Source of the DNA: Octopus vulgaris
Taxonomy: Eukaryota
Length of the DNA stretch: 64,000 nucleotides
NCBI GenBank assembly: GCA_951406725.2
Contig: OX597816.1
Span: 15,686,001 to 15,750,000, forward strand
Reading direction: 5' to 3'
Every line of letters begins with the position of its first letter. Within the stretch, counting starts at the first letter, position 1. The notes beneath the pieces were generated by a model. That model saw nothing but the letters and a program-made list of their open reading frames with translations, was not told the origin of the DNA and made no database searches. Below are positions 40,176 through 51,525 of this stretch, piece after piece. The position numbers and the translations under genes were made by a program.

Positions 40176-41364
40176 CTTCTATCTATAAATGCTCTAATAT
40201 CTATACAGCCTTGGTTTTTTATCTTATTACGCAAAAAATTCTTATACACACACACACTGACGTTCGACCCTTTATTCGCAATATTACCAAATCTGAAACT
40301 TAACTATGGTCTGTCTATAGCACTTATTCAGCATTACCTTTGGGTCTCAATGACACCATTCTCTCTCTCTCTCATTCTCGTGTGCCCCCTCACTTCCTCT
40401 CTCAATCACTCTTGATCTCTACTTGTTCTTTTTCACTCCTCTTCCTCTAATTCCCCTCCCAGTTGCTACATGTAATAATGTGTAATTGCAACACTACTGC
40501 AGACTCTGTGACTCAGAACCCACACAGAGGAGCTGTGGACTTTGTCAGCCACATTGACAGCAACCGGTCGAAAGAGCTGCAACTCTGAATGAAGATGTGA
40601 CACAATGTGAAGAAGACACTTCAGGCCTGAGAGAGAGAGAGAGATGTCTCTGTGTGTGTCTTCATGTCTGAGTTTGTCGCCTACCACCACTGCTTCAAAA
40701 CTGGTGTTAGTTTGTTTACATCCCTGCAGCTTAGTGGTTTAGCAAAAGAAACTGATACAATAAGTACTGAACTTCAAAAGAACATAAGAACTGGGGGCAA
40801 TTTGTTTGACAGAAATCCTATGAGGCAGTGCTGCAGCATGGCCACAGTCAAGTGACTGAAAGAAGTAAAAGATAGCAAAATGCTAGAAACAGCAGCCAAC
40901 AGTCAAATCTCTTTCAAAATCAGACCTTCCCATTTGAAATATATATTTATACACACAGACACGGCCATGCATTGAGTAGTTTGCTTCCCAACTACATGGT
41001 TCCAGGTTCAATCCCATCATGTGGCACCTTGAGCAAGTATTTTCTACTATAGCCTCAGGCTGACTAAAGCCTTGTGAGTTGATTTGGTAGACGGAAACTG
41101 AAAGAAACCTGTTGTGTATATATATGTATGTGTGTGTGTGCATCTTTGTATCTCTGTCCCTCCCACCACCTCAAGTTGACAACCATTGTTGGTGTGTTTA
41201 CATCCCCATGACTTAGCAGTTTGGCAAAAGAGGCCGATAGAGTTAGAATAGGTACCAGGCTTTAAAAATTAAGTAGTGGGGCTGATTCATTCAACTAGAA
41301 ATTTTTCAAGGTGGTGCCCCAGCATGGCTACACTCGAATGACTGAAAGAAGTAAAAGATAAAAG

Positions 41365-41397
<33 letters not shown>

Positions 41398-41618
41398 TAT
41401 ATAAAGGATATACAGAAAGAGAAGATACAAGGATGTACAAAAAAAAATGAGATGATTATGAATCAAATCTCTTTGATCATAGATCTGCTTGATGAGAACT
41501 GACCTAGGGCTGAACATCAACAGGGGTCATTGCAAGAGATGTATTTAAACAAACATCCATACACTTGTATGCATGCACACACTCACTAGCACACACACTC
41601 TCCCTCTCTCTCACACAT

Positions 41619-41662
<44 letters not shown>

Positions 41663-42563
41663 CCCTAATATCAGAAATTATGAAAATGACAATGCAAAGG
41701 ATGAAAAAAGGAAAAAAATGCTTGAATTCTCTTGAATGAAATAGTAGCAAGCCTACCTTGAACAATAGACTAAATGTTACTGAAAAGTCATTGAATAATT
41801 TCTTAAAATATCCTTTGTCAGTGTAGAATTCTTTTGAAAATATTAAAAATAGGAAATATATATTGACTAGCCTACCACATGTGACATCAGAAATTACGAC
41901 TATTTAAAAATATTCTTTTATTGAATTTTCTTCGCACAAAGAACTGATTTTTCTCTCATTTTTCTTGGGTGTGTGTTTGGACTTTTTAAATTTAAAAATA
42001 TTAACAATAGACTGAGCTAATGATTAGAAAAAAAAAACAAACAAAAAAAAGGTAGACCAGTATTTTATGAAAGTAGTTTCCTTCTTAGAGTCTGCAGACC
42101 CACTGAAGGTTCACAAAGTTCACATTGGAGGTCTGTGAGTTGTGCTCAAAATTTTTAAAGGATACTATATAAAGTATGAAGAGTGGCTGTGTGGTAAGTA
42201 GCCTTCTTACCAACCACATGGTTCTGGGTTTGTGGCACCTTGGATAAGTGTCTTCTTACAAGCTTCTTGCAAGAAATAGCAGCCAGCAGCTAAATTGCTT
42301 TCAAATCATACATTACTATTTTTAAAGATAACCGAATATTCAAGATGTACAAAAAGGAAATACAGAAATGCTGCCAGGCTGTATCTGTTTTGCCTTTCCC
42401 TTGGACAACATCGTTGGCATGATGAAGGGAGGCTGGTATGCATGGGTGATTACTGGTCTTCTATAAACAACCTTGCCCAGACTTGTGCTTCAGATGGGAA
42501 CTTTCTAGGTGCAATCCCATGGTCATTCATGACTGAAGGAGGTTCTTACTTCATATATATATA

Positions 42564-43857
42564 CGAGGGGCGTTCAGTAAGTAATGCCCCTGACCCACTT
42601 CCCATAGCAGTAGAGCAACGAAACTTGGCACAGGTATTAGTCTTTTTCAGCATAGGAACAACCCAGAGTTACGCATTTCTCCCATCGTTTGATGCAGCTC
42701 TGGAGACCGTTTTCATAGAAGACCCCAGCTTGGTCCTCCAACCACGACGTGACTTCAGAAATCAAGGCTGCATCATCTGGGAAACGCTTTCCTTTCAAAA
42801 ACAACTTCATGGCTGGGAAGAGGTGAAAATCAGAGGGTGCAAGGTCAGGAGAGTAGGGGGATGGGGGAAGTGTTCATAGCCGCACGCCTGTGCTTCTGAT
42901 CTGGTGACACGCGAGTTGTAGACCGGAGCGTTGTCCTGCAGGAGGAGGATGCCTTTGCTGATCTTGCCCCACCTCTTGGTTTTGATAGCTTCTCTTAATT
43001 TCCTCAAAAGTGAAGCATGACAGGCTCCTGTAACTGTGGTACCCTTTGCCAGGAAATCTGTCATCACTACTCCGTCCTGGTCCTAGAAGACTGTGAGCAT
43101 GACCTTGCCAGCGGAGAGCTGCACCCTTACCTTCTTTGGAGGAGGTGAGTCATGGTGCTTCCACTGCATTGACTGGGCTTTGGTCTCTGAATCATGGTGA
43201 AGGACCCAGGTCTCATCCTGTGTAATCAGTCTTTTGAAAATTGTTGACTCATCTTCTTGGCACATCCCTAAATTCATCCTCGAGCACTCGACGCGTTCTT
43301 GCTTCAGGAAAAGTGTGAGCAACCTGGGAATCCCTCTGGCAGACACCTTTTGCATATGCAAAAGGTCATGAATGATAGTTGCCACAGACCCGGTACTAAT
43401 CTTGACCTCATGGGCTATTTGGCGAATAGTTATGCGTCGATCTTCCAAAATGGCAGCCTCAACTTGACGGACAGATGCCTCATCAATGGCAGAAGGGGTG
43501 CGACCAGATCTGGGAGCTGTTTCCACAGAGTTCCGAACCATGTTTGAATTCACGATGCCAGTGTTTTACAAGGTCATATGATGGGGCATCATCACCATAA
43601 GTTATTTTCATTTCATCAAAAGTCTCCTGTGGTGTGCGTCATTTCAAATACAAAAACCGGATCACTTCTCGACACTCAACAGGCTCCATTTCCCACTTGA
43701 CTCATTTCAAACACATGTAAATCAGAAACCACTATTAGTTCGGAGCTGTAATTTGCCACTTAATCTATAGAGATATAAATAATTGCACATGCAAAATCTC
43801 AGCTAGATCAATCAACGGCAAGTGGGTCAGAAGGCATTACTTATTGAACGCCCCTCA
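42564..43857 (-). mobile_element. Full-length mariner (Tc1/mariner) DNA transposon, ~1.29 kb
   Basis: Imperfect ~36-bp TIRs: left CGAGGGGCGTTCAGTAAGTAATGCCCCTGACCCACTT; reverse complement of right TGAGGGGCGTTCAATAAGTAATGCCTTCTGACCCACTT. Flanked by TA at 42562-42563 and 43858-43859. Transposase remnants inside; length is typical of mariner. Confidence 0.95.
42637..43689 (-). pseudogene. Mariner transposase pseudogene (stops and frameshifts)
   Basis: Reads MEPVECREVIRFLYLK*...APRSGR...ARGIPRLLT (WVPR-like)...ITQDETWV...KVMLTVF*...LLLQDNAP...HPP/YSPDLAPSDFHLF...KRWEKCV...EKD*. All three catalytic Asp motifs are recognisable. At least two in-frame stops and two frameshifts. Confidence 0.93.
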
Positions 43858-43862
43858 TATAT

Positions 43863-44170
43863 ATGATGGACTCTCCCATTGTTAGATGACGTATGAGGGT
43901 TCGGTGAATTCTTATTGAACAACCACACAGATGATTTGTTTATAGTGATCAAATGTTTGTGTACACACAAGCTCATTCCCTCCATCAAATCGACATTACC
44001 TGTAGAGGGGCAACAGGTGCCACATGTCAGATGATGATGAAATGATTGCAGAGCAACATGATATGAAGTGATTTGCTCAAGAACACAACACAACGCTTGG
44101 TCTGGGAATTGAACCGATAATCTTGTATTCATGAGTGCAACACCCTAACCACTGAGCCATGCACCTTCAC
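43863..44170 (-). mobile_element. SINE family D, tail type 2; the mariner is inserted in the TA run at its 3' end
   Basis: Reverse complement matches 9026-9332 along its length. Confidence 0.8.
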
Positions 44171-46199
44171 ACACACATATATATTGCTTTTTTCTAAAGA
44201 ATCTAATGCTCTTAACTTAGTTTTTCCTTGGGGCTGGCCAGATTGGAGCAATCTCAAGATTAATCAGCCAAAATTGCAAGGATGATCCAGTTCTTGACTG
44301 AAGATAAAAAGCTTCAAATGACCCATCCATGTTTTTTTTTGTATCGTCTATTTGGATGTTTTGTTGTCCCCTTTTGTATTACCTAGTTGTCCAATGTTTT
44401 ACATTCTTGTCCCATTTTGTATTTTATGTTATATATATATATATATATATATATCATATTCAAAAAGATGAGATGGTCACAAATGGAATATCTTTGATTA
44501 TAAGTTTGCATGATGAGAGCTGAACTGGAGCTAAACATCAACGTGAGTCACCATAAGAAATAAAAATTTAGCTGGTGATAAAATGTTCGTTTTAGTCATT
44601 GAACTGTGGCCATGCAGGGGCACCTCCTTGAAGTGCTTTGCTGATCAATTCAACCCCAATACTTAGCGTGTTTGTGTATACAAATAATAGAGAACTATAG
44701 TTGCCTCCCTAATTTTTATGATTTAATTAATTATACATGTGATCAATGAAGAACAGAGAAGGCTGAGGATAACAAACATAAGAGAAAAATATATCTCTGC
44801 AAACAAGTAAAACATAAAAGTAATTAATCCATAACGAAGGCAGTGCTGCGTTGTAATGATTTTAAAGAGTCATGTAAACATTTGTACAATTTAAGCATTG
44901 GTCTGGGAAGAGATAATGATTTTAACTTCTTACATAAATAGAATTCATAGAAAAGTCTACTTAATTATCTCGTTAAACAGGCAACTGATTGTTCTTTCAA
45001 AACACATGTATGCATGCTTAATATCTTATGTGTTGTAACCTACACGTAGACATACATGAATCTATCTCTGAGCAATTGAGTCGAGTAATAAGGAGATGTT
45101 TGTCTGCATGGGTGCGTGCGTGCGTGCGTGTGTGTGTGTGTGTGTTGAAGGGGTATCTTATCAAAAAAACACTGCCAATTTGTATACATGCGCAGACATG
45201 TATGATTAAGTGTCTTGTAAAGAAACCAAAATCAAAATCAAAAACACTACACTTTGCTTGGTTGTATATGTATGTTTGTGTGTGTATATGCAATGCTAAT
45301 AATAATCATTTATTATAGTGGAGGAAACAAAGCTACAAACTGTTTAGGATTAGAATATAGTGGAGTACATTGACTCCAATACATTACATGTTATCATACG
45401 GACCCTGAAGGGATGTCTGACCCAATGAACCTCAGTAAGATTTGAACTCCAAATGTAAAAGAAGACAAGTAAATAGTGGTTTGTGATTTAGATCCAAGGC
45501 CAACAAATTTGAAAGGAGGGGCTAAGTCAATACTATCAACCTCAGTATTTGATTGGTGCTTTATTTCATGAACCCCAAAAGGATGAATGGTAATGTTAAC
45601 CTTGAAAGGATTTGAACTCAAAACATAAAGAACCAAAATAAATGTTGCAAAGGATTTTTTCTGATGCTCTAATGATTTTTGCTACAAAATTCAACTCTTT
45701 CGGTACTAAATCACCTGAGACTACCCCTGGTTCTATGGCACATAATTCTTGTTTTAAAGTTGTTTATATTAAAACCCTCCATCAAAATTTTATGCTAATT
45801 TATGTTCCAAACACCAGCTTAATAATGACGAAGTTATTCTAATAAATTCTTTATCATTTTTAAAATTAATTGAAAGAAAGATAATCTATTTTCACAGAAT
45901 TATGGTAATAAAAGGCTTAATGTGACAGTACCATGTTTTTATATTCAACACATAAAATGAGGAGTTCTAACACTTTGCTAAAAAGACACCCATTCCTGAA
46001 GAGGAAAAAAATCCGTTAGAGTCAGAACTTTACTATGGCTTATTTTATTAAACATGGAAAAAAAGAACATGAAATTAAAGTTGACTGTTGAAATTTGAAC
46101 TCAGAACCTTAAGTGGTGTAACTAAAAACCACAAGAAGAGTTCTACTGATTCTGTTATTCAGGATTTAATATGATAATGTGATTTAATGTGATAAAATG

Positions 46200-46954
46200 A
46201 TCCTTTCTACTATAGGCTCAAGGCCTGAAATTTTGGAGGAGGGGGCCAGTCGATTAGATCAACCCCAGTACACAACTGGTACTTGATTAATCGACCCTGC
46301 AAGGATGAAAGGCAGTCAACCTCAGTTGAATTTGAACTCAGAACGTAAAGAGAAATGAATTACCACTAAGCATTTCGCCTGGTATGCTAACGTTTCTGCC
46401 AGCACACTGCTTTTTAATATGATAAAATGATAAGTCTGCTTTAGTATGGTTTCTATAGCTTGATGCCTTTCCTATCACCAACTACTTTGTAGAGTGTACT
46501 GAGTACTTTGCATGGCACTGGTGCCCTCACTAGTGCTGGTGCTATAAAAACAATACTCCGTATATATGGTAAAGTGATTAGCATTAGGTGGGACATCCAG
46601 CCTTAGAACCCATGCAGAAGCAGGCATTGAGGCATGATACAGTCTTTGGACCATTTAGGGCCTGTCAAACCATCCAATTAATGCCATGGAAGATGGACAT
46701 TAACCGGTGATGAATAATTATAACAATGATAATTTCTAACAGAAACACAAGGCTTCAACAACAATAGTAATAATCCTTTCTATTATAGGCACAAGACTCA
46801 AAATGAGGGGGGTAGTGCAAGTCAATCACATTGACCCCAGTGTGTAACTGGTACTTATTTAATCGACCCCCCCCCCCCAAAAAAAAGGATGAAAGGCAAA
46901 GTCAACCTTGGTAGAATTCGAACTCAGAATGTAGCAACAATAATAATAAGAATG

Positions 46955-46989
<35 letters not shown>

Positions 46990-47220
46990 TATTATTATTA
47001 TTATTATCATTATTACTATAGCATAGAGACAAGGCCTGAAATTTGAAGAAAGGGGTTAGTAAATGTCATTGACCTCGGTATTTGACTGGTATTTTATTTT
47101 GTCAATCCCAAAAAAAGGATGAGAAAGCAAAGTTGGCTTTGGTGGGATTTGAACTCTGAATGTAAAGGACCAGAAAATTGACACTGCAAGGCATTTTGTA
47201 CAACTCTTAACAACTATGCC
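46200..47220 (-). mobile_element. Cluster of family A2 SINEs (46200-46410, 46772-46935, 47020-47220) with an intervening family C copy
   Basis: Same diagnostic motifs. The first copy is flanked by a TTTAAT(G/A)TGATAAAATGAT duplication. Confidence 0.75.
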
Positions 47221-49086
47221 ATTTCAATAATAAATGAAACATGGTGATATGCTGAATATTCAAACAATAAATTGCTTACTATGTTTAGTTAAGTATGGCA
47301 AGTTTACAGAAATGAAAGTATCGAAAACTAATTTTACATGTAATGTTTTGTTTTATCCATCTATATTCTGGGTTAAAATTTCTGCTGGTTTTGATTTTAC
47401 CTTTAATCTTTCCAAGATCAATAAACAGTACTAGTAATATGTTAGATTAAACCACTAATACTCCTCTCCTGGGAAATTTGCTCTTCTATTTAGTTATGTA
47501 TTATTGGAGTATTTGAAATATTAAGCTTCGAAACCTCGTTATTTCGTGTGTTTAGCAAAGATGATCTTCAGACAGCATGATTGTGGTGATGAGTATTAAT
47601 GGGTCTGTATAAGGTGAAGCTTCATGAGTTAGATGAGATGTTAGTCTGGTGGGAACCTGCATGGAAAGGGAATTTAACAAGGCATCAAAGCTTTGCATTT
47701 AAGATTGTATATGATACTTTGTGAGAGATTTAATATGGAAAATAGAAATATTGATAGATATATTTCAATAAATAATATGTAATGGGGATATTAGATATTA
47801 TTATGTTCACCATTTTGTGAAAGAAAAGACAAATAATGTCCTGATAGGTCTGTTTCTCTTTGTGTCTGGAATTGGAGTTTACATAATAAAGTTATATAAC
47901 TTTAGGTTGGCTATTTCAGTAGTTTAATTCATTCATTATATATATAGATACTGTAGTTATACACTCTATGTACTATTACTGTATATTTATATCGGTGCTG
48001 GTATGGTTGTGTAGTTAAGACATCCTCCTCTCAACAAAGTGCTTTCAGGTTCAGTCCCACCATGTGGCATATTGGGCAAGTGTTTCCTACTCCAGCCTGG
48101 GGCTGACCAAAGCTGTAAGTGGATTTCTTTGATGGAAACTGAAGAAACTGAAAAAAGCCTGTTGTGCATGGTGCCAGTAACAACATCTGTGCCAGTGGCA
48201 TGCAAAAGCACCTGTGCCAGTGACACATAAAAGGCATCCACTACACTTTTGAAATGGTTGGTGTTAGGAAGGGCATCCAGCCATAGAAACCAAGCCAAAA
48301 TCAGACTGGAACCTGGTGAAGCTCTCCAGCATATCAATTCCAGTCAAACCATCTAACCAATGCCAGAATGGAAAGCAGACATTAAATGATGGTAATGATG
48401 ATGCATACATTATTTTAAGAATATATATATATATGAAAATAATAATGCAATACGAAAGTATTGCTTTCCAGTAAAAGATAGCCCGTAAGGGTAAAATTAT
48501 ACATTTAAAAGTAAATAAATGGTACAACAAGGCACCGATATTGCTATTTTCCTGTAAATATCGGTGCCTTGTTGTACCATTTATCTACTTTTATATATAT
48601 ATATATATATATCATATTAAAGGATAAAATCATACATGTTTTTATCAGGTCAGCATAAAAATAAAATCCTTATAGGTAAATTTTCCAAATATTATATTAA
48701 TAATTATATACATAATTTATAACAGAACATAGACACCAAATGGCACTAAAACCACATTAGAAACTCCAAAATCACAGGTTGTAGCCGAGCAAAAGAAAGA
48801 TAATAAATTAATGTATATAATTATTAATATATATATATATATATAATTATTGATATTAGGGAAGTTATTTCCGAGTCCACTGGGGAGAGAAATTCAATTT
48901 AGTGGTACTAAAATGAATTTCTCGCTGTATTATATACATATATGTAGATAGGTTTAAGAGACAGAACCACCTTCAAGCAACTCAATCAACTTTGAACGAC
49001 ATTATCTATGATAGAGATATATAAGATTAAATTTTATCAAAATTAATATCTACAATTACTATTCTAAATCATATATTAAATTATAT

Positions 49087-49191
49087 AGACTACGCGCATT
49101 TCATGACAATATATCTATCGGTATTGCTGAAATAGAAGGTCTCGAAATTCAATTCCATATCAATCCGACTATACTGCCAATCTTCAGGTCT
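49087..49191 (-). ncRNA. Type I hammerhead motif, intact core, long stem II
   Basis: Minus strand: AGAC-CTGAAGA-T-TGGCA...TGTCA-T-GAAA-TGCGCG-TA-GTCT. Stem I AGAC/GTCT; loop III is the GCGC palindrome. Confidence 0.7.
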
Positions 49192-51257
49192 GGATTATAT
49201 AAGACTATTTTACTATTTACATCCAATATAAAGACATGACAATCAAAGTTATACAACTAGAAATTGTCAAAATAATTTTTCATTACTGAATACAGAACAA
49301 AAATGAGGAATAAAAAATATGAAAAATAAGAAAAAGAAATATTAACTTATAATATATATACATATATATATTTGTATGCATGTGTGTGTGTGTGTCTCCT
49401 TGTCTTGACATGGTGCGACAGTTGTAAAACCAGTGTCTCCATCATGCCAGCAACATCCTTCATTTCCAATCTTCTGTAAAAACCTGTCTAGTCATGGGGA
49501 AATATTGCTCAAAGACTGGTGAGGGTTGGCAACAGAAAATTGTCTAGCCATAGAAAATCTGCCTCAACAAATTCTGTCTGCCCATGCAAGCAGGGAAAAT
49601 TGGATATCAAAAGATGATGATAATGATGACTATAACTGTAAATTATTATTGATCAAATTATTATTGATTCAAAAGTTATGTAGTATGAATTACCAGGGTC
49701 CCTGAGAAGTAGGTGTAAGTAGTAGATCTTTGTGGTGGCTGGGTGTAGCCAAGATGTTATGGAGAAACCATTAGAAATGGCTATCAGTAAGTGAAAGGAA
49801 GGCTTCAGCGACTGGAGGTCAGGTTTATCAAATAGATAAATGACTTCCTTTTGAATGGTGAGTGAAAGAAATAGTTTATTCAAAATATGAATGCAGCCCA
49901 TCCTAGTGGATCAACACCAGCTAATATTGCACAGAAATATATCTTAACTTCATAGAAAAAGTCAAATCACTTTGGTGTGACTTTGGCTAATAAGCATGTT
50001 TCAGAAAAGATCACTTGAAATTTGCAGTGGATATAGCTTCTCTAATAGGGAAGAGGGCTATTTGGTTTTGAAGTTTTCCTGATCAGCTGGTTAGGATTTA
50101 GTTCTTTCAAATAAGAATTGTTTGTAATTGAGGTGCCATTATATATTGCTGTTGTGATGAAGAACCATGTTATGACTTTTCACTCATGTTGTAAATTCTA
50201 GGGTTTATATTAAATTGAGAGATGTAAGTAGGTAGAGGCATAGGTGTCCTTAAGATGCTTGGTTTCTAATTATGTGGTTTTGGTTTCAGTCTCACTGCTT
50301 GGTATTTTGGGCAAGTGCTTTCTATTATTGCCCTGTACCAGGCAACCAAAGCCTTGTGAGTGGATTTGGTTGGCAAAAACTGAAAGAAACTGAAAAGGCA
50401 GTGAGCTGGCAGAAACGTTAGCACGCCGGATGAAATGCTTAGCGTATTTCGTCTGCCGAGGTTGACTTTGCCTTTCATCTTTTCGGGGTCGATAAATTAA
50501 GTACCAGTTATGCACTGGGGTCGATTCTCTTTGTCTGTCCTTGTTTGTCTCCTCTATGTTTAGCCCCTTGTGGGCAATAAAGAAATAAGACACTGAAAGG
50601 AACCCATTGTGTGTGTACTCTTGTCTAGATATCATGTCATCATCATCTTCATCATCATCATTTAATGTCTGTTGTCCATGCTGACATGAACTGGCACAAT
50701 AGAAGGTTGCACCAGGCTCCAGTCTGATATGGCATGGTTTTCTATGACTGGATGCCCTTCCTAATGCCAACCACTCTGAGAGTATAACAGGTGCTTTTAT
50801 GTGCCATCAGCACAGGGGCCATTTGTGTGACACTAGGATGTGTTTACGTGCCAATTTGTGTGACACTGGCATCTGCCATGACTGCAATTTTGCTTGGCTT
50901 GATGGGGCTTCTTCTCAAGCATGATATAATGCCAAAGGTCTTGGTCATTGCTTCCGTGAGGCCCAACACTTGAAAGGAACTCAGCCACTTTGCCTTCATG
51001 AAGCATGTGATGGTTGTAAATGAGCATGATCATCATCATCATCATACAAGCAAGGTAGTTCATGTCCAGTCTTCTGTGAAAAACATGTCTAGCCATGAGA
51101 AAATATTATCTTGCTTCGAAACAGGTGAGGTTGGGAGACAGGAAAAGCACCTGGCTGTAGAAAATCTACCTCAACAAATTCCACCTGACCCATGTGAGCA
51201 TGGAAGTGTGGATGTTAAATGGTGATGATGAATTCAGACAAGGTTTCATAGAGTTCT

Positions 51258-51525
51258 ATATTTAAGAGATGAGGAATTATGTACATTATTTACATTTGAC
51301 GGATAATTGTCTTCATCTTGTTTGTTGTCAACACGTTTTGGCTGTTATACCCTCCAGCCTTCATCAGGTGTCTTGAGGAAATTTCGAACCTGGGTTCTCA
51401 TTCCTAAGGTATTTTTCGATGTTATTATTATTATTATTACTATTATTATTATTATTCAGGTCACTGCCTGGAGTCAAACTTGGAATCTTGGGGTTAGTAG
51501 CCCACGCTCTTAACTACTATGCCCA
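51258..51525 (-). mobile_element. tRNA-headed short element carrying a hammerhead-like motif
   Basis: Minus-strand head GGGCATAGTAGTTAAGAGCGTGGG-CTACTAA-CCC...AGTTTGACTCC (A-box, anticodon-like arm, B-box), then (AAT)n, then the hammerhead-containing body. Confidence 0.6.
51331..51371 (-). ncRNA. Degenerate hammerhead motif inside a tRNA-headed element
   Basis: Minus strand: ACAC-CTGATGA-A-GGCTG-GAGGGTATAA-CAGCC-AAAA-CGT-GT. GAAA has become AAAA, consistent with CpG decay. Confidence 0.55.

Noticed and set aside
42295-42879. 194-aa plus-strand ORF, the longest in the track
   Set aside because: It spans a SINE tail, the mariner TIR and the antisense of the transposase, so it is a chimeric chance frame.
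49653-49901. Faint resemblance of the minus-strand ORF (LLIAISNGFSITS...YLH) to the Penelope RT C-terminal region
   Set aside because: Key FLD and YRKPT residues are absent; too weak without a profile search.
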